Assembly: GCA_963703955.1 (NCBI GenBank)
Contig: CAVPGK010000012.1
Location: 128,001-192,000 of the forward strand
Reading direction: 5' to 3'
DNA length: 64,000 nucleotides
From: Nitrospirota bacterium
GTDB lineage: Bacteria > Nitrospirota > Nitrospiria > Nitrospirales > Nitrospiraceae
Both the position numbers and the translations under genes were made by a program. Of this stretch, positions 18,012 to 28,201 are shown piece by piece; the stretch's first letter is position 1; each line of letters opens with the position of its first letter. The notes under the pieces were generated by a model. It did not search any database and had not been told where the DNA came from. It saw only the letters and a list, made by a program, of their open reading frames with translations.

Positions 18012-20777
18012 ATGGCCATTGATCCTGTGTGCGGCATGACGGTGGACGAATCACGGGCGCCGGCGAAAGCGGAGCACGCAGGCAAGACCTACTACTTTTG
18101 CGCGCCTGGCTGTAAGCGGACCTTTGAAGCGAATCCTGAACAGGTTCTGCGTCAAGGTCCCAAGGGCATGGCGGCCACGCCGGTGCAGATGGTTAATCTC
18201 ACCCGCCCACCCCAGGCGCGCCAAGACGCGCCCCTTCCCGTGACACCATCTCGGCAAAAACCGGCTGTGAGTCCGGCGGCTCCCGCCGTCAAGACTGGTC
18301 CGCCTTCGACCTCCCTCACGATCCCGATCGAAGGCATGTCCTGCGCCTCGTGCGTGGCGAGGATCGAGCAAGGACTACGCGCGATTCCAGGTGTCGTGAA
18401 TGCATCCGTGAATCTGGCGACCGAGAAGGCCGCTGTCACCTATCAGCCCGAGGTCATCAAGCCGGCGGCGATCCGCGAGGCAATCCGCTCGCTCGGCTAT
18501 ACGCCGGGAGCCGAACCTGAGGCGCCGCTCTCCGGCGTCTCTGTGGCTTCCATGACGATCCCGATCGAAGGCATGTCGTGCGCGTCCTGCGTGGCGAAGC
18601 TTGAACAGGGACTGCGCGCCATCCCGGGCGTCATCGGGGCATCCGTAAATCTGGCCACGGAGAAGGCTACGGTGAACTATCAGCCAGGTCTCACCAATCC
18701 GGCCGCGATCCACGACACGATCCGCTCACTCGGTTACACACCGTTGGCCGAAGCGTTCACCTCGACAGTCTTGACCGAACCGCGAGAAGGCCACGTCCGC
18801 GCTCTCATCCGAAACTTTTGGATCGCCGCTGCCCTTACCGTGCCGATCATGATCCTGGGCATGGGCGAGCATCTGGGACTGACTATTCCCCGATCGACCT
18901 CCTACTGGCTGCAATTGATTCTAGCGACCCCCGTACAATTTTGGGCCGGCTGGCGATTTTACAAGGGCGCCTTCACCGTCGCGCGGCACGGTTCCACCGA
19001 TATGAACACGCTCATCGCGGTAGGAACATCGGCAGCATACGGGTACAGCGTCGCTGCCACGATCGCCCCACAATGGTTCACGGCCGGAGGGGTGACTCCC
19101 GCGGTGTACTTCGACACTTCCGCGGCCATCATTACCCTGATCTTGTTCGGGCGCGTGATGGAAACGCGCGCAAAAGGACGCGCGTCCGAAGCGATCCGCA
19201 AGCTGGCCGGCCTTCAGCCGAAAGAAGCGCGGGTCATCCGGAACGGGCGGGAGATGGATATTCCCATTGCGGACGTCGTGGCGGGGGACCTGGTCGTGGT
19301 GCGGCCCGGTGAGAAGATCCCGGTGGACGGGATCGTGCGCCACGGCGCCTCGGCCGTGGATGAGTCGATGGTGACCGGTGAAAGCGTGCCGATCGACAAG
19401 AAACCAGGCGATGCCGTCATCGGCGCCACACTCAACCGCACCGGCAGCGTCAGAGTCGAAGCCACAGGGGTTGGTCGCGACAGCGCGCTGGCCCGCATCA
19501 TGAAGATCGTGGAAGAGGCGCAGGCCGCGAAGCCGCCGCTGGCTCGATTGGCGGATCGAATCGCGTCGTATTTTGTTCCGGCCGTCATCGCCGTCGCGGG
19601 TCTGACCTTCCTCCTCTGGCTTCTGTTTGGGCCGGAGCCGGCCCTGACCCATGCCGTGATCAATTTTGTCGCGGTGCTGATCATCGCCTGTCCCTGCGCC
19701 TTGGGCCTGGCCACCCCGACGTCCATCATGGTCGGCATCGGAAAAGGAGCCGAGCATGGCATCCTCATTCGAAACGGGATCGCTTTGGAGCGCGCACACC
19801 AACTGACCACGGTTGTCCTGGATAAAACCGGGACGCTGACCCGCGGCCGGATCTCCGTGCGCTCGGTGGTCCCACTCGCGCCGGGCTGGACGTCGGAACG
19901 AGTTGTGGCGGTTGCGGCGGCAGTCGAGCGTGGATCGGAACATCCGGTCGGGGCAGCGATCGTTCGGCACGCGCAAGAAGAGTTGCGACTCGCACTCGAC
20001 GACGCAACCGACTTTCGCGCCGTGCCGGGCCACGGCGTTCGCGCCACGGTCGGCAGGCTTTCGGTGTCCCTCGGTAATCTGCGCTTGATGGAGACCGATG
20101 GGGTCCCGGTCGGTCCCGACGCCGGGGCGACCGCCGAGAAGCTGGCAGGAGAGGGGCTGACTCCGATGTATATGGCCGTTCGAGAGGCCGGTGAGGAGAT
20201 CCCTCGACTCGTCGGCGTGGTTGCCGTAGCTGATACGGTCAAGGATCATTCTCGCGAAGCGGTCGAGTCCTTACACCGGCTCGGCCTCGAGGTGGTGATG
20301 CTGACCGGTGATAATCCTCGCACGGCCAAGGCGATTGCAGATGAGGTCCATATCGACCGCGTCCTGGCCGAGGTTCTTCCCGAACAGAAGGCGCGTGAGA
20401 TCGCACGGCTGCAGGAGCAGGGTAAGGTCGTGGCTATGGTCGGCGACGGCATCAATGACGCCCCGGCTCTGGCGCAGGCCGATATCGGGATCGCCATCGG
20501 AACGGGCGCCGATGTCGCGATGGAGGCCGCCGATGTGACGTTGATCAGCGGAGACCTCCGTGGCGTCGCCACCGCGATCGCGCTCTCGCGCGAGACGACG
20601 AAGAATATCAAACAGAACTTGTTTGCCGCCTTCATCTATAATATTCTTCTGATCCCAGCGGCCGCTCTCGGATTCCTCAATCCGATTTGGGCCGCGGCGG
20701 CGATGGCTCTCTCTTCGGTATCCGTGGTCGGGAACGCGCTCCGCTTGCGCAGATTCAAACCACCGGCCCATGCCTAG
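18012..20777 (+). CDS. copA: Cu(I)-exporting P1B-type ATPase with an N-terminal YHS/TRASH domain and two HMA domains
   Basis: DPVCGM...YFC..GC, 2x [33 protein letters not shown] and MALSS. Confidence 0.95.
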   Translation: MAIDPVCGMTVDESRAPAKAEHAGKTYYFCAPGCKRTFEANPEQVLRQGPKGMAATPVQMVNLTRPPQARQDAPLPVTPSRQKPAVSPAAPAVKTGPPSTSLTIPIEGMSCASCVARIEQGLRAIPGVVNASVNLATEKAAVTYQPEVIKPAAIREAIRSLGYTPGAEPEAPLSGVSVASMTIPIEGMSCASCVAKLEQGLRAIPGVIGASVNLATEKATVNYQPGLTNPAAIHDTIRSLGYTPLAEAFTSTVLTEPREGHVRALIRNFWIAAALTVPIMILGMGEHLGLTIPRSTSYWLQLILATPVQFWAGWRFYKGAFTVARHGSTDMNTLIAVGTSAAYGYSVAATIAPQWFTAGGVTPAVYFDTSAAIITLILFGRVMETRAKGRASEAIRKLAGLQPKEARVIRNGREMDIPIADVVAGDLVVVRPGEKIPVDGIVRHGASAVDESMVTGESVPIDKKPGDAVIGATLNRTGSVRVEATGVGRDSALARIMKIVEEAQAAKPPLARLADRIASYFVPAVIAVAGLTFLLWLLFGPEPALTHAVINFVAVLIIACPCALGLATPTSIMVGIGKGAEHGILIRNGIALERAHQLTTVVLDKTGTLTRGRISVRSVVPLAPGWTSERVVAVAAAVERGSEHPVGAAIVRHAQEELRLALDDATDFRAVPGHGVRATVGRLSVSLGNLRLMETDGVPVGPDAGATAEKLAGEGLTPMYMAVREAGEEIPRLVGVVAVADTVKDHSREAVESLHRLGLEVVMLTGDNPRTAKAIADEVHIDRVLAEVLPEQKAREIARLQEQGKVVAMVGDGINDAPALAQADIGIAIGTGADVAMEAADVTLISGDLRGVATAIALSRETTKNIKQNLFAAFIYNILLIPAAALGFLNPIWAAAAMALSSVSVVGNALRLRRFKPPAHA
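18199..18240 (+). repeat. Single CCAAGA-hairpin repeat unit inside the copA coding sequence
   Basis: 41/42 identical to 1273-1314; read in frame as (L)[11 protein letters not shown](LP). Confidence 0.92.
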
Positions 20778-20862
20778 GATTTCTGCAACGACACAACACG
20801 CTTCATCCCCATTCGCTCCGCATTCCAGCAGTGACCGGACTGAACCACTGTAGAGGGAGGTC

Positions 20863-22970
20863 ATGAAAAAAATCCTGCTCGGCATGGGCGCGCTGCTGGT
20901 TCTTCTTGTCGTCCTGGCCATTCTCCTCCCCTTTATCATTGACCTGAACAAGTACCAAGACCGCTATCGCCCGCTGATCGAGGACGCCCTCAACCGGAAA
21001 GTCTCCCTCACCGATATGCGGCTCACGATCCTCCCCCGCCTCGGGGTTCGGATCGCGGGGTTTACGGTCATGGACGATTCCGCCTTCAGCGCCGGCGCCT
21101 TCGCCTCCCTGACCGCCTTGGATGTCGGCGTGAAGTTGTTGCCGTTGTTGACCGGACGCGTCGAGGTCGAAGAAATTACCCTTCAGGACCCGGTGATCAC
21201 GGTCATCAAGAATCGCCAGGGCGTGCTGAACGTGTCGACCTTGGGCGCGACTAGGGCGAGCCGGAGATTCGCGAGCCACAAGTCCCGCCTCCCCCTGCCG
21301 AGGAAGGGCCCTTGCGAGCGTTAGCCCTGCTCGCCGTGGATGAGGTCTCTCTGACTGGCGGCCGCCTGGCGTACGAGGATCACTCTTCCAAGACGCCGAC
21401 GGAATATCGCATCCACGATCTCAGGGTTCATGTGCATTCGGTACGACTCGGGGAGACGCCTCGCCTGCACATGGCGGCAACCGTACAACCCTATAACCTT
21501 CCGGTCACAATCGACGGCGAGTTCGGGCCGCTTGCTGAAACGCTGGACCTCAAGGTGATCGATATCGCCATCGCCCTCGGCAAGACCATCCTGGCCATGA
21601 AGGGAAGCGTGGTCGGAGGCCATGTGCAACTGGTCCTGACCTCTCCGACGATCAACACGGCCGATCTACCCATCACACTCCCGCTGACAAAACCCGTTCA
21701 GGTCAAGGATCTTCGGATTGCGACAGAAGGTAGTTATCCGCCGAAAGAAGGAATCCCGATTGAAAGAGCCGTCGATGTCAAGTCTTTGAATCTTGCCGTC
21801 GTGCTCGGCGCATCAGTTGTAGCACTGGAGGGAAGCGCCGTTGGCGGAGAGGCCAAAATCAAGGCCAGTTCGCCCAGCATCAACTCCGCCGATCTGCCGA
21901 TCGACCTCCCGCTCACAAAACCGGTTCTCGTGAAGGATCTTCTTCTGCAGGCAAAGGCCAAATATCCATTGAGAGAAGGCATCCCGCCGCAAGAGGTGGC
22001 GGATGTCACTGCGCTTGATTTCCGAGTTGTGTTGGGAAACTCCTCACTCGTGGTCAAAGGCAGCGCGATCGACGGCGATGTCAAATTGACCGCCTCGTCG
22101 CCGGCTATCAATACGGCAGACCTGCCTGTCACGCTTCCCCTTCGGAAGCCGATCGAGGCGAAGAACGTCCGCATGGCGGCCGGCATGAAAGGCTCGGAGG
22201 CCCGGCTTCAGAGCTTGGCATTGGACCTGTTCAATGGCCGGCTCTTCGCGCAGGGAGGTCTCACGATCGGGACCACCAGCCCTCCGTTTGATGGGAACGT
22301 CATTCTTGAGAAAGCGCAACTCGGCCCGATCCTCGACGCCGTGACAGATATGGTGTCGGCCAGCGGCACGGTTGGGCTACAAGCCGTTGTGCGAGGACGC
22401 GGCTTTACCATGGCGGAATTGACCAGGTCACTCGCAGGGACCAGTCACTTCGCCGTCAAAGATGGCAAGCTTGAGGGCGTCAATCTGGTTCAAGATCTGT
22501 TGGACACGCTGAAAGCCGCCGGTGTCCGGCGGGAGAACGTCAAGGCGACCATCTTTTCCACGGTCGAAGGAGATCTGACGATCAAAGGCGGCCTGGTCAA
22601 CGTCGACCGCTTGCTGGTGGACAGCCATGACTTTCAGGCCACAGCCAAGGGGACGGTCGGCTTCGATCAGACCCTAAACCTCAGAGCCAACGTGAATCTG
22701 TCCGAGAGCCTCAGCAAACAGATCGCCGGGACATCGCCGGTCACCAAACTAGCGCTTAGCAAAGGCCGGATGACCGTTCCTCTGATCGTTGCCGGCACTG
22801 CTCAGTCACCATCGTACGCGATCGACGGCAAGGCGATCGGCGCCAAAGTGACGGAACAGGTGAAGGAGCAGGTGAAAGAGGCGGTGGGAGAACTGTTAAA
22901 GGGCAAGGATGGTAAAGGTCTGGACCTCGAAAAGGGCGCGGAGACGCTGAAGAAATTTTTCGGGCAGTAG
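20863..22970 (+). CDS. AsmA family protein, split by indel(s) near 21250-21320
   Basis: MKKILLG-TM, DLNKYQ...LNRKV and VKLLPLLTG.VEVEEITL at the N-terminus; AsmA-like C-terminus with G.L.G.NL and ATAKGTVGFD. Confidence 0.85.
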
Positions 22971-23035
22971 CAGGCCAGGCAGGGCCTGCTCTTGCCCGTT
23001 CGACCGGACACGCAGACACGACAGGAGGGAATGGC

Positions 23036-23836
23036 ATGTCGACGAAAGATCTCACCGTCGATCTTATGGTCCGTTACGGCTTTCAGGTGCTCGGGGCGAT
23101 TGTCATCGTCGCGGCCGGCGTTTTCTTTGCCAAGTGGATCGGCAATGTCGTCCGGCGACGGCTCGAACGCCAGGAGATGGAACCGCCGGTCCGCATGTTG
23201 CTCGTGCGCATCGTCCGAGTCGTCGTCCTGCTCCTCACCCTCATGGTCGCGCTCGACAAGCTCGGATTTCAGATCGCCCCCCTCATCGCGGGGATCGGCG
23301 TGGCCGGGATCGGGATCGGAATCGCGCTTCAAGGCGTGCTGAGTAACGTCATCGCCGGACTCTCGATCATCTTCACCAAACCGTATCGTGTCGGGGAGCA
23401 CATTTCGCTCCTCGACGTCCATGGTGACGTCACCGCCATCGATATTTTCTCGACCACCCTGATGCATCCAGACAAATCCCGCATCGTCATTCCCAACCGC
23501 AAGGTCGTGGGTGAGATCCTTCATAACTTCGGCACCATTCGTCAGCTCGACCTACGCGTCGGCGTCTCGTACGGGACCGATTTGGCCAAGGCGTTGGCGA
23601 TCGTCCGCGACCTGCTTGCTCAAAACCCCCGCGTGCTCAAGGACCCGTCGCCGCTCGTGGGCGTCTCCGCGTTGGGCGATTCCGCGATCACCATCGCGAT
23701 CCAACCGTGGGTGGCCGCCCTAGACTATGGCCCCGCGCAAGCCGAACTCAATCAGTCGGTCATCGAACGATTCCGCACCACCCAGATTGAGATCCCCTTC
23801 CCACAGCGCGAGGTCCGCTTGCTGAGGGAAGCCTAG
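23036..23836 (+). CDS. mscS: Small-conductance mechanosensitive channel
   Basis: Three TM segments, GIALQG.LSN..AG, KPYRVGE, IPN, VGVSY and IEIPFPQREV. Confidence 0.92.
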   Translation: MSTKDLTVDLMVRYGFQVLGAIVIVAAGVFFAKWIGNVVRRRLERQEMEPPVRMLLVRIVRVVVLLLTLMVALDKLGFQIAPLIAGIGVAGIGIGIALQGVLSNVIAGLSIIFTKPYRVGEHISLLDVHGDVTAIDIFSTTLMHPDKSRIVIPNRKVVGEILHNFGTIRQLDLRVGVSYGTDLAKALAIVRDLLAQNPRVLKDPSPLVGVSALGDSAITIAIQPWVAALDYGPAQAELNQSVIERFRTTQIEIPFPQREVRLLREA

Positions 23837-23855
23837 TTGCGACTGATGAGGAGTA

Positions 23856-24212
23856 TTAGCCCGATTGACGGGCCAAGACGCGAAGCGCCTGCTTGGCGGC
23901 TTCGGCGACCTGAGGATCGGGGTCGTCACGAAAGCGCCGGATTGCTCCCTCGAGAGCCTTGTCACCAAGGTCGGCTAAGATTGTCAGAACGATGGTCAGA
24001 TGACGCCGTTCCGCCATCGCGCTTTCCAAGAGCGGTCTTGCTTGTCGGCCGGCTCGCGCCAGCAGAATCCCCGCGACACTACGCACGGTCTCGCGACTGT
24101 CACCGAGAGCGTCGACCAGAATGCTCCCTCCGGCTCCCGTTAGGCGCCACAGGAAGTAGACGATAGCCAGACGAACCGTTCCGAGTAGGATCGAGAGCCG
24201 ATTCCAGCCCAT
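23856..24212 (-). CDS. Small HEAT-repeat protein
   Basis: LVDALGDSRETVRSVAGILL and RFRDDPDPQVAEAAKQAL. ATG 24212 lies 5 bp after the upstream gene's stop. Confidence 0.7.
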   Translation of the reverse strand: MGWNRLSILLGTVRLAIVYFLWRLTGAGGSILVDALGDSRETVRSVAGILLARAGRQARPLLESAMAERRHLTIVLTILADLGDKALEGAIRRFRDDPDPQVAEAAKQALRVLARQSG

Positions 24213-24217
24213 AGGAG

Positions 24218-25354
24218 TTACAGCATCGACGGCACGTCGTACTTCTTCCACACTTCTGGGTCATGAGGGGCGCTGTGGTCGAACCAGATGGGAAGGACAT
24301 GCTCGGTGATCTTCGGGTGCGAAAAACGCTGGCCGCCACGATCAGCGAGGATGACCAGATCGGCTCTCACCCGAATCGAGACGACCTTGGATACCTGTGA
24401 GAAGTTCGGCAGATACTTCGGAACATGGACCGGGCACGCGAGCAGAACCAATTCCTTCATCGTGACTCGAGCATCGTGGGACGCGAGCATAGCCACGCTG
24501 CCTCCGTGACTATGCGCGAATAGATCAGCCCCTTTCGCGGATTTTTCCACTAGCCAATCGGCCAGATCCGCTCCTCCCACGCTTCTCGCGGCATCGCTAT
24601 ACCCGCCGGACCATTCGAACCGATCGGGTTCGGAATAGAGATCCGGTCGAACGGTTGTGAGCAGGTACGTATGAAAATCCCCACCGGGCTGCCACCAACT
24701 CTCTGTCCGGGCCCACGTGCCATGAACGAGCAAGCTGGTTTGCGGCAGGCTGTTCTCCGCCTGAGAAAGGCCCTGTCGGACCAGCTCGAGCAGGCGAGGA
24801 TGTTCAGGAGCCACCTGCGCGAGCGCTGTGAGCGCGACCTCGGCCGTCAGCCGATTCCCGCTGTAGGTGCCTTGCGCGAGAATGGCCAGCAGTTCCCGCG
24901 GCTCCGTCGTGAGATCGAAATACGACGCCGCAGCCGCCACGCGGGTGAGTTCGTCCGGATCCGAGAGGCAGGCTTCGAGGAGCTGCGCACCGGTTGATTG
25001 GCTCGGTGTCTTATGAAAAGCTCGGGCTATTTTCCCGACTCGGCGCCGGCGTTCGGACGGCTCCTGAGAGGGCAGTTCGCGCAGGTCACGGCGGGCGCCT
25101 TGGATCTCTCTTCGGCTGTAGCGTTCGCCTGACGGCCTGATCTCCGGAGACCCCAGAACATCCCGATCTTCCTGGGGCATTGCTCGACTCTTTTTCGTAC
25201 GCTGGGGCGGGAGTGCTTGAAGCGCCGAGCTATCCCCTCGTATATCCATACCCAAGAGAAGCAATTGTGCGGCTCGCGACAGCACCGCACGCCGAGAAGT
25301 CTCTCTAAACGCCCGAGCGCCGGAGGCTGGTTTCTTGATCAATTCACTCGGCAT
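24218..25354 (-). CDS. HEAT-repeat + alpha/beta-hydrolase (lipase-like) protein
   Basis: LSDPDELTRVAAA HEAT-like segment; LVHGTW oxyanion motif, AHSHGG nucleophile elbow, candidate Asp (ADLV) and His (FDHS). Alternative TTG start at 25375. Confidence 0.75.
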   Translation of the reverse strand: MPSELIKKPASGARAFRETSRRAVLSRAAQLLLLGMDIRGDSSALQALPPQRTKKSRAMPQEDRDVLGSPEIRPSGERYSRREIQGARRDLRELPSQEPSERRRRVGKIARAFHKTPSQSTGAQLLEACLSDPDELTRVAAAASYFDLTTEPRELLAILAQGTYSGNRLTAEVALTALAQVAPEHPRLLELVRQGLSQAENSLPQTSLLVHGTWARTESWWQPGGDFHTYLLTTVRPDLYSEPDRFEWSGGYSDAARSVGGADLADWLVEKSAKGADLFAHSHGGSVAMLASHDARVTMKELVLLACPVHVPKYLPNFSQVSKVVSIRVRADLVILADRGGQRFSHPKITEHVLPIWFDHSAPHDPEVWKKYDVPSML

Positions 25355-25371
25355 GGCGGCGCCATTATAGC

Positions 25372-26163
25372 TCAAGCCGTTCCAGACTCTTCAAGCAATT
25401 CCTTCAAAAGCCGCGCGTTCTTGACTGCGTACCCACGCGCATCGTTGTTGAAGTAGACGAAGACTTCGATGCGCTCCCGCAGATAGCGCGTCAACTTCTG
25501 GGCTTCCTTCGCCAGCTCGTTCTTTGTGTAACTGGACGCGAATAATTCATTGCGGCCATGGAACCGAACGTACGTCCAGTCGGTCGTCAGCACGTCCTTG
25601 CGTGGATAGCGAGGCGAGTCGGCAATGCATAGGGCCGCGCCATGCCGCTTCAACAGGCGATAGATTTCGTCCGTAAACCACGACTCGTGGCGGAACTCGA
25701 AGACGAGCCGAAGGCGGCAATGCTCGGAGGTCCCAACTTCTATCTCAAGGAATTCGGACAGACGGTCTCTGTCCTTTCGAAAGCTCGGTGGAAACTGCAG
25801 CAGAATCGGACCGAGACGGTTCCCCAATGTGAGGGCGTTGCCGACAAAGGTGCGCCATGCCTCTTCCACGTCAAGCAGCCGCTTCGTGTGGGTCATGAGC
25901 CGGCTGGCTTTCACCGAAAAGAGAAACTCATCGGGCACTAGCCTGGCCCACTTTGCATAGGTCTGTGGACGAGGAAGATGGTAGAAGGAATAGTTCACCT
26001 CCGTGGTGGAAAACTCGCGCGCATAGAACTCGAGATAGCGCCGACTTGGCAAATCGTCTGGATAGAACGGGCCCTTCCAGCTTGAATAGGTCCACCCGGA
26101 CGTGCCGATCCAGATGCGCGCTGCTGTCTCACTCTTCCTTGCTTGATTCGGAGCCGCAGCCAT
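25372..26163 (-). CDS. DUF72 family protein (YecE-like)
   Basis: IGTSGW, EVNYSFY, F.VKA, LLQFPPSF, EFRH.SW, YVRFHG and VYFNND. Confidence 0.93.
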   Translation of the reverse strand: MAAAPNQARKSETAARIWIGTSGWTYSSWKGPFYPDDLPSRRYLEFYAREFSTTEVNYSFYHLPRPQTYAKWARLVPDEFLFSVKASRLMTHTKRLLDVEEAWRTFVGNALTLGNRLGPILLQFPPSFRKDRDRLSEFLEIEVGTSEHCRLRLVFEFRHESWFTDEIYRLLKRHGAALCIADSPRYPRKDVLTTDWTYVRFHGRNELFASSYTKNELAKEAQKLTRYLRERIEVFVYFNNDARGYAVKNARLLKELLEESGTA

Positions 26164-26334
26164 GGTCGGGTGACGCCATCCCTAGGAACTCATGCAACCG
26201 ACTGAGGAAGACACTCCGGAGAGTGACATCATGAAGTCGCCGAGATCATGGGGACCTTACCATGAGCAGCACAAACCTCGATACGTTGCAAGGCCGCGCG
26301 GTCTCACCCAACCTCCATTTCGCCGCTGCACAAC

Positions 26335-26493
26335 TCAGACGAGGTTCTGGTATTCGGGCCGATAGGCCTGCGCCTCAATGAAGGCTCGTACAACCCGCGG
26401 TTTCTCCACGCGCGCCAGACCACGCGCGAAGATGACTGCGGGGGGATACAGCAGCCCGGACTCCAGTTCTTCCGGAGTGACCTGTTCCACCAC
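26335..26493 (-). pseudogene. C-terminal remnant of a malic enzyme-like gene
   Basis: Manual translation VVEQVTPEELESGLLYPP-AVIFARGLARVEKPRVVRAFIEAQAYRPEYQNLV* resembles malic-enzyme C-termini, with an apparent internal deletion after YPP and no start. Confidence 0.6.
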
Positions 26494-26719
26494 GCAAGAT
26501 CAACTTGCCCAAGTCAGACAAGAATTCTTGTCGCGACTGAGCTGACCAGCACGGATCAAACTGGCTGTCAGAGGAAGCTGGATCGGTTCAGAGAAGAATC
26601 GTTCTTCTTGGTCGCAGCGGCAGGCCCAAGCGCTGTGTTCGATCGCTGAAGGTTATCACGATCGGCAGGCGTTCGGTCAATCAGCGGGGTCTCACGGAGG
26701 GGAATCTTGGCTTGCCATT

Positions 26720-27112
26720 CTACCTTTGCATCACGGCCATGCTTGAGCAGGTGCCTGCTGCCGTGTCCACTGCGCGATCTACAATCTTCACGTCGCGCAG
26801 CAGTTCGTGCACGTCCTCCTCTCGCACGATCTCAATATCCTGTTGGGCATTCTGCCCCGTTCGTTCCCGCAGCCGATCGCTCATATGCTCCTTGACCAGA
26901 ACACGAATCTGCTTCGCGAGGTCCGCCCTGGCTACCAGCTCGGCTACACGCTGGCAGACCACCCGTCCCTTGGACAGATCCCCTTGCCCCACGCCGATGA
27001 TGTACTTCCCCTCAGAGTAATGGCTCTCGGCTTCAGCCGCGGAAGCGCTCTCGTCCGAATACCACAGCATGAGCATCGTGAGGAACAGCATTCCGATCCC
27101 AAGATTTTTCAT
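26720..27112 (-). CDS. Small exported protein (LPP20-like)
   Basis: MKNLGIGMLFLTML signal-like start. The ATG overlaps the upstream TGA (ATGA, 27112-27109). IIGVG...AELVARADLAKQI motif. Confidence 0.65.
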   Translation of the reverse strand: MKNLGIGMLFLTMLMLWYSDESASAAEAESHYSEGKYIIGVGQGDLSKGRVVCQRVAELVARADLAKQIRVLVKEHMSDRLRERTGQNAQQDIEIVREEDVHELLRDVKIVDRAVDTAAGTCSSMAVMQR

Positions 27113-28123
27113 CGTCTGCCTCGGGCACGCCCACCGTACGATCGAGGCGGCGCGGCGTGTGGGGCGCGAAAAGGTCGATAATACGTCATGGGCGGAGCAG
27201 CCGAGGGAACCTGGTGCAAGGTCGGCGGAAGCCGTACTGGTGGGCGGAAGCGCGGGAAGGGCACGGAAGCAGCAGCGTGCCGAGACACCGGTGCCTGCAT
27301 GGGTAACACGGGCCGAATCTGCGGTGCAGGACCTGCGGCTGTAACCGCGGGCACCGGGCGAGCGACGGGGAGCTTGGACCGGGAGCACGCGCTGCAGCAC
27401 GACCAAGTGTGGATTGGTCGGATAGAGCACCCATGCGCGACCCCATAGCAGTTGCGCTTGATTGATCCCGATCCACGGTATCGCATAACCGGTCGGTGAT
27501 CCCACCAGCGCCCAGTCCGTCCATGCCTGCCCGAGCACGTCATTCGATTGCACCCGCCTCAGCATGTCCTGGCGCTGTTGCGTCACCAACTGCACCTGCT
27601 CGGGCGATGTCGCGGCGGCCAGCTTGGCATTCGTTTCCTCGAGCTGCTGGTGCAACTCATCCACTTCGGTACGCAGGAGCTGGACCTGCTGTCGCGCGTC
27701 TTCGTTTTGGCGCAGGGCGATGACCGCCTGGGTCACTTCATCGGGATCCACTTGCGCCGTCAGACCGACATGGATCACGACTGTCTCTCCCTCGAGCCAC
27801 GTGCTGACTCGATGGTCGGTCACCCGCACCACGCCGGCCGTGTACGTGCGAATCTCATCTCTTGTGATATCAAGGGCATTCGCCACGGTCACACTCTCGA
27901 CGTAGGTGGCTACCTGTTCGAGGACATTTCGTTTCGCGGCTTCGGTGGCCAAACGAATCGCGTCTTCTCGGGTGTCCCGGTCGCCCATGCGGTATTCGCC
28001 TTCGCCGATCACCGCCTGTAGCGTGGCAGAGACCGAAGAGGGGATGGAACACGTCATGAGGGGGATGACGACAAGAAGGATGAGAACGAGAGGGGCGCGG
28101 GTGCGAAGCGTGAACAGACCCAT
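27109..28123 (-). CDS. Exported hypothetical protein (FlgT-N/LPP20-like N-terminus, coiled coil, Pro/Arg-rich tail) with a frameshift near 27350
   Basis: GEGEYRMGD.DT...A...A...AKRN.LEQ...VES. The Pro-rich tail continues in the frame of ORF 27109..27543 and ends at the ATGA overlap. Confidence 0.6.
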
Positions 28124-28201
28124 GGTCAGCCTCTCCCGTGGGTTAGCGGACGCTTATATTTTACTCTAGTCTCATCAGCAATTGACAGTAGGTGTATTCC
28201 A

